64,000 nucleotides of DNA from Vulcanimicrobiota bacterium (lineage in GTDB: Bacteria; Vulcanimicrobiota; Vulcanimicrobiia; Vulcanimicrobiales; Vulcanimicrobiaceae): assembly GCA_963786105.1 (NCBI GenBank), contig CAWAXX010000014.1:32001-96000 (forward strand), given 5' to 3'. This document shows, piece by piece, positions 21,842 through 32,154 of this stretch (positions within the stretch are counted from its first letter, which is position 1; every line of letters starts with the position of its first letter). A program made the translations under genes and the position numbers. The notes under the pieces are model-generated. The model ran no database searches and was not told the origin of the DNA. It was given only the letters and a program-made list of their open reading frames with translations.

Positions 21842-22435
21842 ATGACCGACGTCATGGGGAAGCGCGGCTTCGACGAGTTACTCACCGACCGGCGCGGCCT
21901 GCTCGAGGCGCCACACTACCGCGCGCAAGTCGAAGCCATCGCCGGCGCGATCGTGGATGCGTTGCGCGCGCAGAAGAAGGTTTTGTGGTGCGGCAACGGC
22001 GGCAGCGCGGCCGAGGCGCAGCACATGGCCGCCGAACTCTCGGGCCGGTTCTTGCGCGAACGGCCGGGACTCCACAGCGAAGCGCTGTCGGTCAACTCCT
22101 CGACGTTGACGTGCATCGGAAACGACTACGGATACGACCGCGTCTTCTCGCGTCAAGTCGAAGCCTTCGCTCATCCTGGCGATGTCGTGATAGGAATGAC
22201 GACCAGCGGCAGCTCACGCAACGTCGTGCTGGCGCTCGAAGCGGCCAAGAAGTGCCGCGCGGTAGCGGTGGCGTTCACCGGCAACGGCGGCGGTCGCGTT
22301 GCAGAGATCGCCGATCTAACGTTGATGGGCCCGGACGGTTACGCCGCCATCGTCCAAGAAGTTCACCAAGTCATGGCTCATATCGTATGCGATTTGGTGG
22401 AGCAGCGATTGATCTTCGAGGGTGGCCTTCACTAG
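21842..22435 (+). CDS. gmhA: D-sedoheptulose-7-phosphate isomerase
   Basis: CGNGGSAAEAQH, GNDYG, TSGSSRNV, QEVH. Confidence 0.93.
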   Translation: MTDVMGKRGFDELLTDRRGLLEAPHYRAQVEAIAGAIVDALRAQKKVLWCGNGGSAAEAQHMAAELSGRFLRERPGLHSEALSVNSSTLTCIGNDYGYDRVFSRQVEAFAHPGDVVIGMTTSGSSRNVVLALEAAKKCRAVAVAFTGNGGGRVAEIADLTLMGPDGYAAIVQEVHQVMAHIVCDLVEQRLIFEGGLH

Positions 22436-22445
22436 TGCTGCGCTC

Positions 22446-23426
22446 ATGCCGGCGTTGAAGCCCGGCGTCGCGCGTGCGCTTCTAAAACGCATGCGCGAGC
22501 GTAAAATTCTCGTCGTCGGCGATCTGATGATCGACGAGTGGATTTGGGGAACGGTCACCCGCATTTCCCCCGAGGCGCCGGTGCCGGTGGTAGCCGTCAA
22601 CGCGCATTCGTTCACGCTCGGTGGAGCGGGGAACGTCGCGAACAACTTGCGCGCGCTCGATGCAAGGGTCTGGCTTGCCGGCACGGTCGGAGACGACGCC
22701 TTTGCCGAGCAGCTGCACTCGCTGCTGCGCGAACGGAAGGTCGACGGCCGGGGAGTCTTTGCACTCGCCGGCCGGCCGACGACGCGCAAAACGCGCGTCG
22801 TCGCGCATAACCAGCAAGTCGTGCGCGCCGATTGGGAAGCGGTTGCGCCGCCCACGTCGGCGGATCGCGAGCGCGTTGCCGCCTTCGTTCGGAGCCGGGC
22901 ACCGAAATGCGACGCGGTCATTTTTAGCGATTACGGAAAGGGCCTGCTGTCACGCGAAATCGTGGAGGCGTCTTTCGGATGTCCGCTCGTTCTGGCAGAT
23001 CCCAAACCGCAGAACATCGACCTCTTTGCCGGCGTCACGTGCATTGCGCCCAACGCCGCCGAGGCGGCAGCCGTCACCGGCATCTCCTTGTCGGACGATT
23101 CTGCGCTGGAAGCCGCCGGTCGCAGTTTGTTCGAGAGACTGCGATGCCAGTACGTCGTCATCACGCGCGGCGAGAGCGGAATAGCGTTGTTCGCCAAAAA
23201 AGGACGGCGGTTGCAAGTGCCGTCGGTGGCGCGCACGGTATACGACGTGAGCGGCGCGGGCGACACGGTCATCGCGACGCTGACGCTCGCGCTGGCCGCC
23301 GGCGCGCCCATCGAACAGGCCGTTGGGCTCGCCAACTTCGCTGCCGGCGCGGTCGTTGAGAAACTCGGGACCGCGACCGCCTCCGCCGGCGAGATTCTCG
23401 CGCTGGTCGATCACGCGCATGCCTGA
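22446..23426 (+). CDS. hldA: D-glycero-beta-D-manno-heptose-7-phosphate kinase (RfaE domain I)
   Basis: VVGDLMIDE, RISPEAPVPVV, GGAGNVA, SDYGKG, DVSGAGDTV. Confidence 0.9.
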   Translation: MPALKPGVARALLKRMRERKILVVGDLMIDEWIWGTVTRISPEAPVPVVAVNAHSFTLGGAGNVANNLRALDARVWLAGTVGDDAFAEQLHSLLRERKVDGRGVFALAGRPTTRKTRVVAHNQQVVRADWEAVAPPTSADRERVAAFVRSRAPKCDAVIFSDYGKGLLSREIVEASFGCPLVLADPKPQNIDLFAGVTCIAPNAAEAAAVTGISLSDDSALEAAGRSLFERLRCQYVVITRGESGIALFAKKGRRLQVPSVARTVYDVSGAGDTVIATLTLALAAGAPIEQAVGLANFAAGAVVEKLGTATASAGEILALVDHAHA

Positions 23427-23916
23427 ATTGTTCGGCCGGCTACTTGGCGTCGACGAAGCCGTCGAGTGGCGAGAAGCATTGCGCGCGGACGGGAAGACGG
23501 TCGTATTTACGAACGGATGTTTCGACGTACTGCACGCGGGGCACGTCGAGTATCTCAACTGGGCGCGCGAGCAAGGCGACGCGCTGATCGTCGGGTTGAA
23601 CGAAGACGCCTCGGTGCGCGCGATCAAGGGCGACGCGCGGCCGATCGTCCCGTTCGCTCAGCGCGCCGGCATTCTGCTGGCTTTGCGCAGCGTCGACGTG
23701 GTCGTCGGATTCGGCGAACGAACCCCGGAAGTGCTTCTCGATCGAATTCGACCCTCGGTTCACGTCAAGAGCGATCAATACGTCGCCGAGGAGCTTCCGG
23801 AACGAAGCGTCGTTCTCCAGCACGGCGGCCGGATCGTCCTCGCGCCGCACGTCGCGGGAATCAGCACCACCGATACGATCGCACGCATTCTGGATGCGTA
23901 TAGCCGTCACGGCTAA
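23419..23916 (+). CDS. hldC: D-glycero-beta-D-manno-heptose-1-phosphate adenylyltransferase (RfaE domain II)
   Basis: VFTNGCFDVLHAGH, GLNEDASV, GISTT. Confidence 0.9.
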   Translation: MPELFGRLLGVDEAVEWREALRADGKTVVFTNGCFDVLHAGHVEYLNWAREQGDALIVGLNEDASVRAIKGDARPIVPFAQRAGILLALRSVDVVVGFGERTPEVLLDRIRPSVHVKSDQYVAEELPERSVVLQHGGRIVLAPHVAGISTTDTIARILDAYSRHG

Positions 23917-25108
23917 CGGCCCCGGCGAAGTCGCCGGCTGGCTGCGCCCGTTGTTGCGCGCGATCTACGAGCGCGCTCCCAACGCACAAGCGCACGTTTT
24001 TTTGGTGCCCGACGACTATGCGACCGGTCATGAAGCGCCGACCGTGCGCGCGTTCTTTCCGCAGGCGTCGGTCTACGACCCGAAGACCTACCTGAAGTTT
24101 GCTTTAGGCCGCAGCGTGGCGGGCGTACCGGCCGGCGTCGACGTCGTGCAGTACATTGGCGGAGACTTGCTCCACGCCGCGCGGCTGCACGCCCGATTGA
24201 AAGGTAAAACGGCCACCTACAAATTCTCGCGCCGGCGCTATCGCTCGCTTTTCGACCGCGCGTTCGCGGTGGATGGCAAGAACGTCGAGCAACTCGAAGC
24301 CTGGGGTACGCCCAGTGGACGCATCCGGCGCGTCGGCAACCTGGTCGTGGACGGCGCGCTGCTCGAAGCGCAAGCTCCGCTGGAAGCGGGAACGCCCGAA
24401 GACGGCATCCTCATCATGCCGGGGTCGCGGGCATACGAAGTCGAGAATTTGATTCCGTTCTATTTTACGACCGCATTACGCATTCTACGCGAGCGTCCGG
24501 GCCTGCCGATCGCCTTCGGCATTTCGCCGTTCACCGCGCTCGCCGAGGTGCGCGCGGCGATCGAGCGGGGCGGCGATCCACGCGTCTTCGCGCAACGCGG
24601 CCGGCTGGTGACCGAAAACGAGCGCACGTATCTCGAGTCTCTCGAGGGAGACGTTCGCGTGCCGGTGTTGTTCAACGCGCTGGCGGCGGCCAAGCGCGCG
24701 CGTTTGGTGCTGACGATTCCGGGAACGAAGACGATCGAGCTGGCGGTGCTCGGCAAACCGGCGCTGACGATCACGCCGCTCAATGCGCCGGAAATCATTA
24801 CGATCAACGGTCCGCTGACCTATCTTCACCGCGTTCCGCTTATCGGCGTGCCGCTCAAACGGGCGGTGGCCGTCGGCGTGTCGCGCCGCTTCGAGTACCA
24901 CACCCAGCCGAATATGGACGCCGGCGATATGGTCGTGTGCGAGGTCCACGGCACGGTTACGCCGGGGCGGATCGCGCGCGTAGCGCTCGATCGTTACGAC
25001 GACCACGCCTGGATCGCGTCTGCCGGCGATCGGTTGGCCGGGTTATACCGCGACCACATCGGCGCGGCCAGTCGCATGGCTGAATCGCTGCTCGACCTGG
25101 CCGGGTAA
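23894..25108 (+). CDS. lipid-A-disaccharide synthase (LpxB)-related GT-B protein
   Basis: ANGPGE N-terminus, VGNL, MPGSR, PGTKTIELAVLGKP, PN motifs resembling the LpxB fold; located among heptose genes. Confidence 0.6.
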   Translation: MRIAVTANGPGEVAGWLRPLLRAIYERAPNAQAHVFLVPDDYATGHEAPTVRAFFPQASVYDPKTYLKFALGRSVAGVPAGVDVVQYIGGDLLHAARLHARLKGKTATYKFSRRRYRSLFDRAFAVDGKNVEQLEAWGTPSGRIRRVGNLVVDGALLEAQAPLEAGTPEDGILIMPGSRAYEVENLIPFYFTTALRILRERPGLPIAFGISPFTALAEVRAAIERGGDPRVFAQRGRLVTENERTYLESLEGDVRVPVLFNALAAAKRARLVLTIPGTKTIELAVLGKPALTITPLNAPEIITINGPLTYLHRVPLIGVPLKRAVAVGVSRRFEYHTQPNMDAGDMVVCEVHGTVTPGRIARVALDRYDDHAWIASAGDRLAGLYRDHIGAASRMAESLLDLAG

Positions 25109-26016
25109 TGGACACTGTGATGCCGGCCGTATCCGTCGTGATCGCCACCAAAGATCGCGCGCTCTTCCTCGACCGCGCGCTCGCATCGTTTGAAACGCAA
25201 ACCGGCGCGCCGCCTTTTGAGGTCATCGTAGCCGATAACGGATCGACCGATCAAACGCGCGATGTGGTCGAACGCCGGCGGGCGAGCTCGCGCTTTGCGA
25301 TAGAGTACGTCCACGAACCCGAGCCGAACCGAGGGAAGGCGCGCAACCGCGCCGTTGCATCGGCGCGCGCCGATCTGATCGCGTTTTGCGACGACGACGT
25401 TCAGGCGCCGCCCGGCTGGATTGCGGCCCACGCGGCCGCGCATGCGGGAGCGCCGGAGCAGATCGTTAACGGGCCGATTCTCAACGTCGCGTCGTACGAC
25501 GAGAAACCCAAACCGACGCTTGCAAACTTTTCGCGCGCGTCGCTCTGTACGTGCAACGCTTCGGTGCCGCGACGCGCGCTCGAAGCGGCCGGCGGATTCG
25601 ACGAATCGTTCGATCTGTACGGCTGGGAAGACAGCGAGCTCGGTATTCGCCTGCGCGACGCGGGCGTGGGTTGGAAGTTTGCCTGGGACGCGCCGATTTG
25701 GCACGTGAAGCCGCCCGAATACAATACGCTGGAGGTCGAGGCGCGCAAGGCGATCGAGAAGGCGCGGATGGCGCGCCGATTTCTCGACAAGCATCCGTCT
25801 AAACGGGCGAGGCTGGCCACCGGCGCCCACGCGTTCAACCTGATGCGCGCGCGCCTGCTGCCGGATCGCTGGCTGGCGCTACTAGCCGGCGTAGCATCCG
25901 ACGGCCGCGCTCCATCCTGGGTTAAATCGCTGGCACGCGCGCAGTTTCTCGACGCGACGTACGCGCGCGAACTGGCGGACGCCTTGACGAAAACGCGCGG
26001 GGATGCGGTGTCGTGA
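25108..26016 (+). CDS. GT2 family glycosyltransferase
   Basis: SVVIATKDR, DNGSTD, FCDDD, GFDESF..YGWEDSELG. Confidence 0.88.
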   Translation: MDTVMPAVSVVIATKDRALFLDRALASFETQTGAPPFEVIVADNGSTDQTRDVVERRRASSRFAIEYVHEPEPNRGKARNRAVASARADLIAFCDDDVQAPPGWIAAHAAAHAGAPEQIVNGPILNVASYDEKPKPTLANFSRASLCTCNASVPRRALEAAGGFDESFDLYGWEDSELGIRLRDAGVGWKFAWDAPIWHVKPPEYNTLEVEARKAIEKARMARRFLDKHPSKRARLATGAHAFNLMRARLLPDRWLALLAGVASDGRAPSWVKSLARAQFLDATYARELADALTKTRGDAVS

Positions 26017-27053
26017 GCCGGGCGCTGCTGTACTGCGCCGGCGGCGGCATCGGCGACTCACTGGTTGCCTCGGTGGTCGGGCGCGCGCTGCGCCAACGCT
26101 TTGCGACCGTCGATGCCCTCACGCTGCCCGGTCATCGCGAAACCTTGGAACGCGTCCCGGATTTGGACGCGGTGCTCGTCGACGACGGCGGCGACGAGCG
26201 CACGCTGGCCGCATCGCTCGCCGCCCGCCGGTACGACGCGTGCGTCGTCACGTGGGCGACCGCGCGCACCGCGCGCATACCGCAACTGGCCAAAATTCCG
26301 GTTCGAGTCGGCCAAGCACGGCGTCTCTACTCGCATCGGTTCACCAACCGGGTAGTCGTGCGCAGCGAGTTGGGCAACGTCACCTCGCACTGGTCGGATA
26401 TTCTTCTCGACTACGCTCGCGCCATCGGCTGTGACACGAGCGATCTCGCCTATGCTTTCGTGCCGACGCCCGAAGACGAGCGCGTCGCCGAGACGGTCGC
26501 CCGATCGGCCGGCCTGACGCCCAACGGCTCTTTAGGAAACTTCGTTATTCTCAACCCGTGCAACGCCATCGCATCGCGACGGGGACGTTGGCCGGTCGAA
26601 GGCTGGGCCGCGCTTGCGGCCGCGCTGCGCGAGCGGTTCGCATCGTCAATCCTGATCAGCGGCGGACCCGCCGACGTCTCGATCGTCGAAACGGTCTTGC
26701 GCACGGCGCGCGCGACGGATTCGCCCGCGTCCGGCGCGGGCGAGAGCATGACGTCCGTCGCCGGCAAACTGGGTATCGGCGCGTTCGGCGCTTTGGCTCG
26801 GCATGCGAAAGCGTTCGTGGGCATCACGACCGGATCGATGCACGTCGCCGCGGCAGTCGGCTGCCCGACCGTGGGAATCTTCCCGTTTCAAAGCGATTTT
26901 CCCGAACGCTGGGCGCCGCTCGGCGCGCGAACGGCGGTGGTGCGGCCGTCGTACCCGTGCCACCGCGGCGATACGAAGGAAGCGTGTCCGGACTACGCGT
27001 GCGTTGCCAATCTCGACGTTGCGCGCATCCTCGCGGCGGCCGATGCCGTCTGA
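26013..27053 (+). CDS. GT9 family (heptosyltransferase-like) glycosyltransferase
   Basis: GIGDSLV, RWPVEGW, TGSMHVAAAVG.PTVGIF, RWAP, C-terminal Cys cluster. Confidence 0.85.
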   Translation: MSRALLYCAGGGIGDSLVASVVGRALRQRFATVDALTLPGHRETLERVPDLDAVLVDDGGDERTLAASLAARRYDACVVTWATARTARIPQLAKIPVRVGQARRLYSHRFTNRVVVRSELGNVTSHWSDILLDYARAIGCDTSDLAYAFVPTPEDERVAETVARSAGLTPNGSLGNFVILNPCNAIASRRGRWPVEGWAALAAALRERFASSILISGGPADVSIVETVLRTARATDSPASGAGESMTSVAGKLGIGAFGALARHAKAFVGITTGSMHVAAAVGCPTVGIFPFQSDFPERWAPLGARTAVVRPSYPCHRGDTKEACPDYACVANLDVARILAAADAV

Positions 27054-27064
27054 GCGACCGTAAC

Positions 27065-27970
27065 GTGCGCGCGACCATTCAGCTGTGCACGTACAACCGC
27101 AGCGAGCTTCTGGAGCGCGTGTTGGACGGTTGTCTCGAGCAGACCGTTCCCGACGACGCCTACGAAGTCGTGCTCGTCAACGACGGTTCGACCGACGACA
27201 CGGCGGCGACCATCGAACGGGCCGGAGCGCGTGCCGCCTGCCGTTTCACCGTCGTCAGCCAGCCGAACTCCGGTTTGGCCAAAGGACGTAACGCCGGCAT
27301 TGCCCGCGCGACCGGAGAGCGGATAATCTTCATCGACGACGACGTGCTGGTGCTGCCGAACTTCGTCGAGGAGCACTTGCGCTCGCACGCATCGCATCCG
27401 CAATCGATCGTGCGCGGCGGCGCGATCGAGGTCGAAAGTTTCGACGACTTGCCGCCGCCCGTATGGAGCATCCGGAACTACAGCGGGAACTATTTCTGGA
27501 CGACCAACGTGTCGGTGCCGCTGGCCACCATGCGCACGATCGGCGGTTTCGATGAATCGTTTTCCGAATACGGCTGGGAAGACATCGACGTGGGCCTGCG
27601 GCTCCGGCGCGCCGGCGTAAAGGCTGCCTTCAATCCTAAGGCGCTGGCCTACCACCATAAGCCGCGTCTGCGCAGCGGCGGCGTCGAGAGGATGGTGCGC
27701 CAAGCCCGCGCGCAGGCTCGCACCGCCGTGCGCCTCGCGAAGCTCCATCCGCACTGGCGAACGTATCTCGCGACCGGGATCAATCCATTGCAACGACGCT
27801 TTCACGAAGTTACGCGGGGCTTGAATTTCGCCGGCCGGTTCCGCGCGAGGATCGGCGACGTGACCTCCGACCGGCGGCTGGACGAGCGGGAACTCCGCGC
27901 CGCGCGAGGGCTGGCTGCCGAGGCGTACTTCGAAGAGTTGGAACGAGCGCTCCAATCCGAGCGCCGATGA
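27065..27970 (+). CDS. GT2 family glycosyltransferase
   Basis: CTYNR, NDGSTD, FIDDD, YGWEDIDVG; GTG start at 27065. Confidence 0.88.
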   Translation: MRATIQLCTYNRSELLERVLDGCLEQTVPDDAYEVVLVNDGSTDDTAATIERAGARAACRFTVVSQPNSGLAKGRNAGIARATGERIIFIDDDVLVLPNFVEEHLRSHASHPQSIVRGGAIEVESFDDLPPPVWSIRNYSGNYFWTTNVSVPLATMRTIGGFDESFSEYGWEDIDVGLRLRRAGVKAAFNPKALAYHHKPRLRSGGVERMVRQARAQARTAVRLAKLHPHWRTYLATGINPLQRRFHEVTRGLNFAGRFRARIGDVTSDRRLDERELRAARGLAAEAYFEELERALQSERR

Positions 27971-28953
27971 CGCAACGAATTCTCCTATCGCGCACCGATC
28001 GCATCGGCGACCTGATTTTGTCGACGCCGGCGATCGCGACGGTGCGCGCGTCGTTTCCCCACGCGCACGTCACCATGGTCGTCAGCCCGTACAACGGCGT
28101 GGTGATGGAACGGAATGACGACGTCGACGAACTCGTCGTGCTGTCCGAAAAGGCCGGCCGGCGCGGATTGGGTCGCGCGCACGGCACGTTCGATATCGCA
28201 ATTGCGCTGGCGCCGCGCGCCGTCGACCTGCGGCTCACCGGCGCGACGGGCGCGGCCATTCGGGTCGGCTATACGTACGAGCGCCGGTGGTTCGCGCGCC
28301 TCACGGCGCCGTTGTACGTCAACCGGCTGATGATTTCCGAAGCCGACCCCGAGCTGTGCGAGCGCGAACCGAATCGCATCGTCCGCCATGAAGTCGTACA
28401 GTTGCTCGATCTGGTCGGTATTGCGGGAGCGCATCGGCGCGTCGACCGGCTGCGCCTGGACATCACCGAAGAGGATCGCGTCGTGGCGGCAACGCTTCCG
28501 CCCGACCCGATCGTCGTGCATTTGGGTCAGCGATGGTTTCGCAACGGAAGCACGCTGCCGACGGCGCTGGCGATCGTGAAGCGGTTGGCGTCGTTCGCTC
28601 CGGTGGTCATCACCTGTGCCCGCGAGTGCGAAGACGTCGCCCCGGCCTTCGAGGCGGCCGGCGACGTCAGCCGTCTGCTTCGCCGGCTGCCGTTCCACCA
28701 GTGGGCGGCCGTGTTCGAGCGCGCGCGCATCGTGGTGACGGTCGACACCGGTGCGACACATGTCGCAAGTGCCGTCCGAAGGCCCACGGTCGTCGCTTTC
28801 GAACACCGCTACTTCCGGCTGAATTCGCAAGAGTGGGCGCCCTACGGCGTCCCTCACGTGCTGGTTCGCAAGCCGGCCGGCGAGGATACCGCGTCGCTCG
28901 CGCAGTTCTGCGGCGAAATCGAACGCGGCGTCTCCACCTTGATGAGCGCGTGA
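27967..28953 (+). CDS. GT9 family (heptosyltransferase-like) glycosyltransferase
   Basis: RTDRIGDLILSTP, DTGATHVASA, WAP. Confidence 0.85.
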   Translation: MTQRILLSRTDRIGDLILSTPAIATVRASFPHAHVTMVVSPYNGVVMERNDDVDELVVLSEKAGRRGLGRAHGTFDIAIALAPRAVDLRLTGATGAAIRVGYTYERRWFARLTAPLYVNRLMISEADPELCEREPNRIVRHEVVQLLDLVGIAGAHRRVDRLRLDITEEDRVVAATLPPDPIVVHLGQRWFRNGSTLPTALAIVKRLASFAPVVITCARECEDVAPAFEAAGDVSRLLRRLPFHQWAAVFERARIVVTVDTGATHVASAVRRPTVVAFEHRYFRLNSQEWAPYGVPHVLVRKPAGEDTASLAQFCGEIERGVSTLMSA

Positions 28954-28968
28954 CTCCCGTTTTCTTAC

Positions 28969-29880
28969 ATGCTTGATATTTCCGTCGTCATTCCTACGTA
29001 CAACCGCCTCGACACGTTAGAGCACGTCATCCCAACGTTGCTCGCGCAGGATCTGCCGCGCGATCGGTTCGAATTGCTGGTGTGCGATTCGCGCTCGGTC
29101 GACGGCACGGCGGAGTACCTCGCGCGGGTTGCCGCCGAGAATCCCAACGTGCGCCATCTGCCCGGTTCTTACAGCGGGCGCGCGGCCGCGCGCAACGCCG
29201 GCATCGCGGCCGCTCGGGGCGACATCGTGCTGTTCAACGACTCCGACATCCTGGCGTCGCCGGATTTGCTTTCGCAGCATCTGCGCCGCCACCGCGAGCG
29301 CGGGGGCATCGCCGTAGTCGGCTGGGAAGTGCAGGTGAAGGACCTTGCGGACTACGCGCGCAAACGCGATCGACCGGAAGAACGCGGCCACCTTCACCCG
29401 CCGGCGCGCAAACGGCTGTCGTGGCTGTACTTTTTGACCGGTAACGCGTCGGTCCGTCGCGACGATCTTCAACGGGTGGGCGGCTTCGACGAGAGTTTCA
29501 CCGGTTACGGACACGAGGATCTGGAACTCGGCTACCGGTTGGCGAAGGCCGGGCTCGAAGTCGTGTACGAACCGGGCGCGATAAATTATCATTGTCAAGA
29601 CGTCGGTCACGACGATCAGAAGGAAAAGATGAAACTGGCCGGCCGGTCTACCGTGCGGTTCTACCGCAAACATCCCGACTTTGCGGTAAAACTGAATCTC
29701 GGCATGACGCCGGTATCCTTGGGTTTGCACTCGGTGTTGACGCGCGCGCCGCTGCTCCTCGGCTATTTCGACAAGCGGGCGGCGGACTCGAAGTTCGCGC
29801 GCGATCTCGTGCAACAATACTATTACGTGTCGGGCATCAAAGAGGCGCTGGCTACCGGCCAAAACGAGGGCGATGGATAA
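28969..29880 (+). CDS. GT2 family glycosyltransferase
   Basis: SVVIPTYNR, FNDSD, GFDESF.GYGHEDLELG. Confidence 0.88.
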   Translation: MLDISVVIPTYNRLDTLEHVIPTLLAQDLPRDRFELLVCDSRSVDGTAEYLARVAAENPNVRHLPGSYSGRAAARNAGIAAARGDIVLFNDSDILASPDLLSQHLRRHRERGGIAVVGWEVQVKDLADYARKRDRPEERGHLHPPARKRLSWLYFLTGNASVRRDDLQRVGGFDESFTGYGHEDLELGYRLAKAGLEVVYEPGAINYHCQDVGHDDQKEKMKLAGRSTVRFYRKHPDFAVKLNLGMTPVSLGLHSVLTRAPLLLGYFDKRAADSKFARDLVQQYYYVSGIKEALATGQNEGDG

Positions 29881-31642
29881 GATCAGAACGTCGTGCGGAG
29901 CGTTGCGGGCATCCGACGAAGGCCGGCGCGCGGAGCTATGCGGCTGGATCAATCGCCGGCGCGATCACGGGGGGCTCATCTTCGTCGATCTTCGCGATCG
30001 CGACGGCGTGACGCAGATCGTGTTCGACCCTCAGAATCCGAGCTTCGGGGATGCCGAACACTTGCGGCACGAGGACGTCTTGCAAGTGCGCGGAAGCGTG
30101 CGGCGGCGTCCGGCCGGCACCGAGAACGTGCGGCTGGCGACCGGTGAGGTCGAGATGGCTGTCGAGGAGCTAGAGATCCTCAATCGTTCCCAGGTACCGC
30201 CGTTCCAGGTAAACGCCGACGATGCGGTGGACGAAAATCTGCGCCTGGAATATCGCTATCTCGATCTGCGCCGCAACCGCATGCAGGAGAACTTGCGCGT
30301 CCGCCATCGCATCGTCAAAGCGATGCGCGATTTCTTCGACGCCCGCGATTTCGTCGAAATCGAAACGCCGATGCTCATTAAATCGACGCCGGAAGGCGCG
30401 CGCGATTATCTGGTGCCCAGCCGCGTCCATCCCGGAACCTTCTACGCGCTGCCGCAGTCGCCGCAGATGCTCAAACAGATCCTGATGATCGGCGGTTTCG
30501 GCCGGTACATGCAAATCGCGCGCTGCATGCGCGACGAGGACCAGCGTGCCGACCGTCAGCCGGAGTTTACGCAGCTCGACGTCGAGATGTCGTTCTGTAC
30601 GGAGAACGACGTGCTCGAAACGATGGAGTCGTGCATGCGTTACGTGTGGAAGGCGGCTCTCGGCATCGACCTGCCGGCGTTCCCGCGCCTGAGCCACGAG
30701 GAAGCGATCTCAAAATACGGGCTCGACAAGCCGGACTTGCGTTTTGGGCTCGAACTCGTCGACGCCGGCGGTGTATTCGACGATACGGAGTTCGTGGTGT
30801 TCCGTTCCGCGCTCGAGGCCGGCGGCGCCGTGGTCGCTTTACGATATCCCGGCGGTGCGTCGTTGTCGCGCCGCGATTTCGATGCTTTGACCGAAACGGC
30901 GCGAGAGTTCGGTGCCAAGGGCATGGTTTGGATAGCCCTGGGTAACGACGGCGTGAAGTCGTCGGCGGCCAAATTCCTGAGCGACTCGACCGTGAAGGCG
31001 TTGCGCGCGGCGGCTGGAGCGGAAACCGGCGACGCCATCTTGCTCTTCGCCGACCCCCGGTCCGAGCTAGCGTATGCGGTTGCCGGCAAAATGCGCAATG
31101 AGGTCGGCGAGCGTTGCGGCCTGCGCGATCCCTCGCAATACGCATTTTGTTGGGTAACCGGCTTTCCATATCTCGAAATCGACGAGGCGACCGGCAAGCC
31201 CGCGCCGGCGCATCACCCGTTTACGGCGCCGGCACACGGACAGTGGGAGCTCATCGATACCGATCCGACCAAAATGCGCGCGCAGCATTACGACATGGTG
31301 CTCAACGGCTACGAACTCGGATCCGGATCGATCCGCATTCACAAGGCAGAGTGGCAGCGGAAAATTTTCGAGATGCTCGGATTGACCCCGGAGCAGATCG
31401 AGGACCGCTTCGGGTTTTTCGTGCGCGCTCTCGAGTACGGCGCCCCGCCTCACGGTGGAATGGCGCTGGGCGTCGATCGCATCGTCATGTTGGCATGCCA
31501 CGAAGAAAACATTCGCGACGTGATCGCGTTTCCAAAAAATCAGGTTGCGCGCGACCTCATGATGGACGCACCGTCGGTCGTGCCGGAGAAATTGGTAAAC
31601 GACTTGTACCTGCGAAGCACGGCGCCGAAGCCGCCGGAGTGA
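29873..31642 (+). CDS. aspS: aspartate--tRNA ligase (probably non-discriminating)
   Basis: RRDHGGLIF, TPEGARDYLVP, LPQSPQ, RQPEFTQLD, GSIRIH, PPHGG, IRDVIAFPK. Confidence 0.97.
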   Translation: MDKIRTSCGALRASDEGRRAELCGWINRRRDHGGLIFVDLRDRDGVTQIVFDPQNPSFGDAEHLRHEDVLQVRGSVRRRPAGTENVRLATGEVEMAVEELEILNRSQVPPFQVNADDAVDENLRLEYRYLDLRRNRMQENLRVRHRIVKAMRDFFDARDFVEIETPMLIKSTPEGARDYLVPSRVHPGTFYALPQSPQMLKQILMIGGFGRYMQIARCMRDEDQRADRQPEFTQLDVEMSFCTENDVLETMESCMRYVWKAALGIDLPAFPRLSHEEAISKYGLDKPDLRFGLELVDAGGVFDDTEFVVFRSALEAGGAVVALRYPGGASLSRRDFDALTETAREFGAKGMVWIALGNDGVKSSAAKFLSDSTVKALRAAAGAETGDAILLFADPRSELAYAVAGKMRNEVGERCGLRDPSQYAFCWVTGFPYLEIDEATGKPAPAHHPFTAPAHGQWELIDTDPTKMRAQHYDMVLNGYELGSGSIRIHKAEWQRKIFEMLGLTPEQIEDRFGFFVRALEYGAPPHGGMALGVDRIVMLACHEENIRDVIAFPKNQVARDLMMDAPSVVPEKLVNDLYLRSTAPKPPE

Positions 31643-31655
31643 TTTCGAGTACGCT

Positions 31656-32036
31656 ATGCGGACGTATGCGTTGCTCGCGATAACGCTGGCCATCACCATC
31701 GCCGGCTGCACGAGTTCGCGGCACGTTACGTCGGCGTCAAAGCCGGCACTGTCTGCGCTGGCGCCATGTGAATCCCGGGAAGTATCGCTCGACGGGGCCG
31801 ACGCCGTGGTGACGAGCAACGCCGACTCTACCTTGGCCTCGGTACACTTCGTCGACGGCGCCAGCGTCGCGGCGCGCCGGCAAGCACTGGTCACGATGTA
31901 CCGCGCGTTCGGTACCATCCACGTCGATACCGGCCTGGTGGCACGATCGTCGAAGTGGGGCCTCGCGACCTGGACCGACCGGTGCGGCCGGCCCGTCACG
32001 TTTACGATCCCGCTACGTACGCCACCGGTGCGTTAA
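31656..32036 (+). CDS. hypothetical lipoprotein
   Basis: Signal peptide with IAGC lipobox; follows aspS after 13 nt. Confidence 0.55.
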   Translation: MRTYALLAITLAITIAGCTSSRHVTSASKPALSALAPCESREVSLDGADAVVTSNADSTLASVHFVDGASVAARRQALVTMYRAFGTIHVDTGLVARSSKWGLATWTDRCGRPVTFTIPLRTPPVR

Positions 32037-32154
32037 CGGCGCGTCGCCGGCACCGGCGGCTTTCGTCTCGGCATGTGGGCCGAACGTCTCATTTTTGCGC
32101 GAAAAGTCTCCGCCGCGCGGGAAGCGACGCTGCCGGCGGCAGAAACTACGATAA

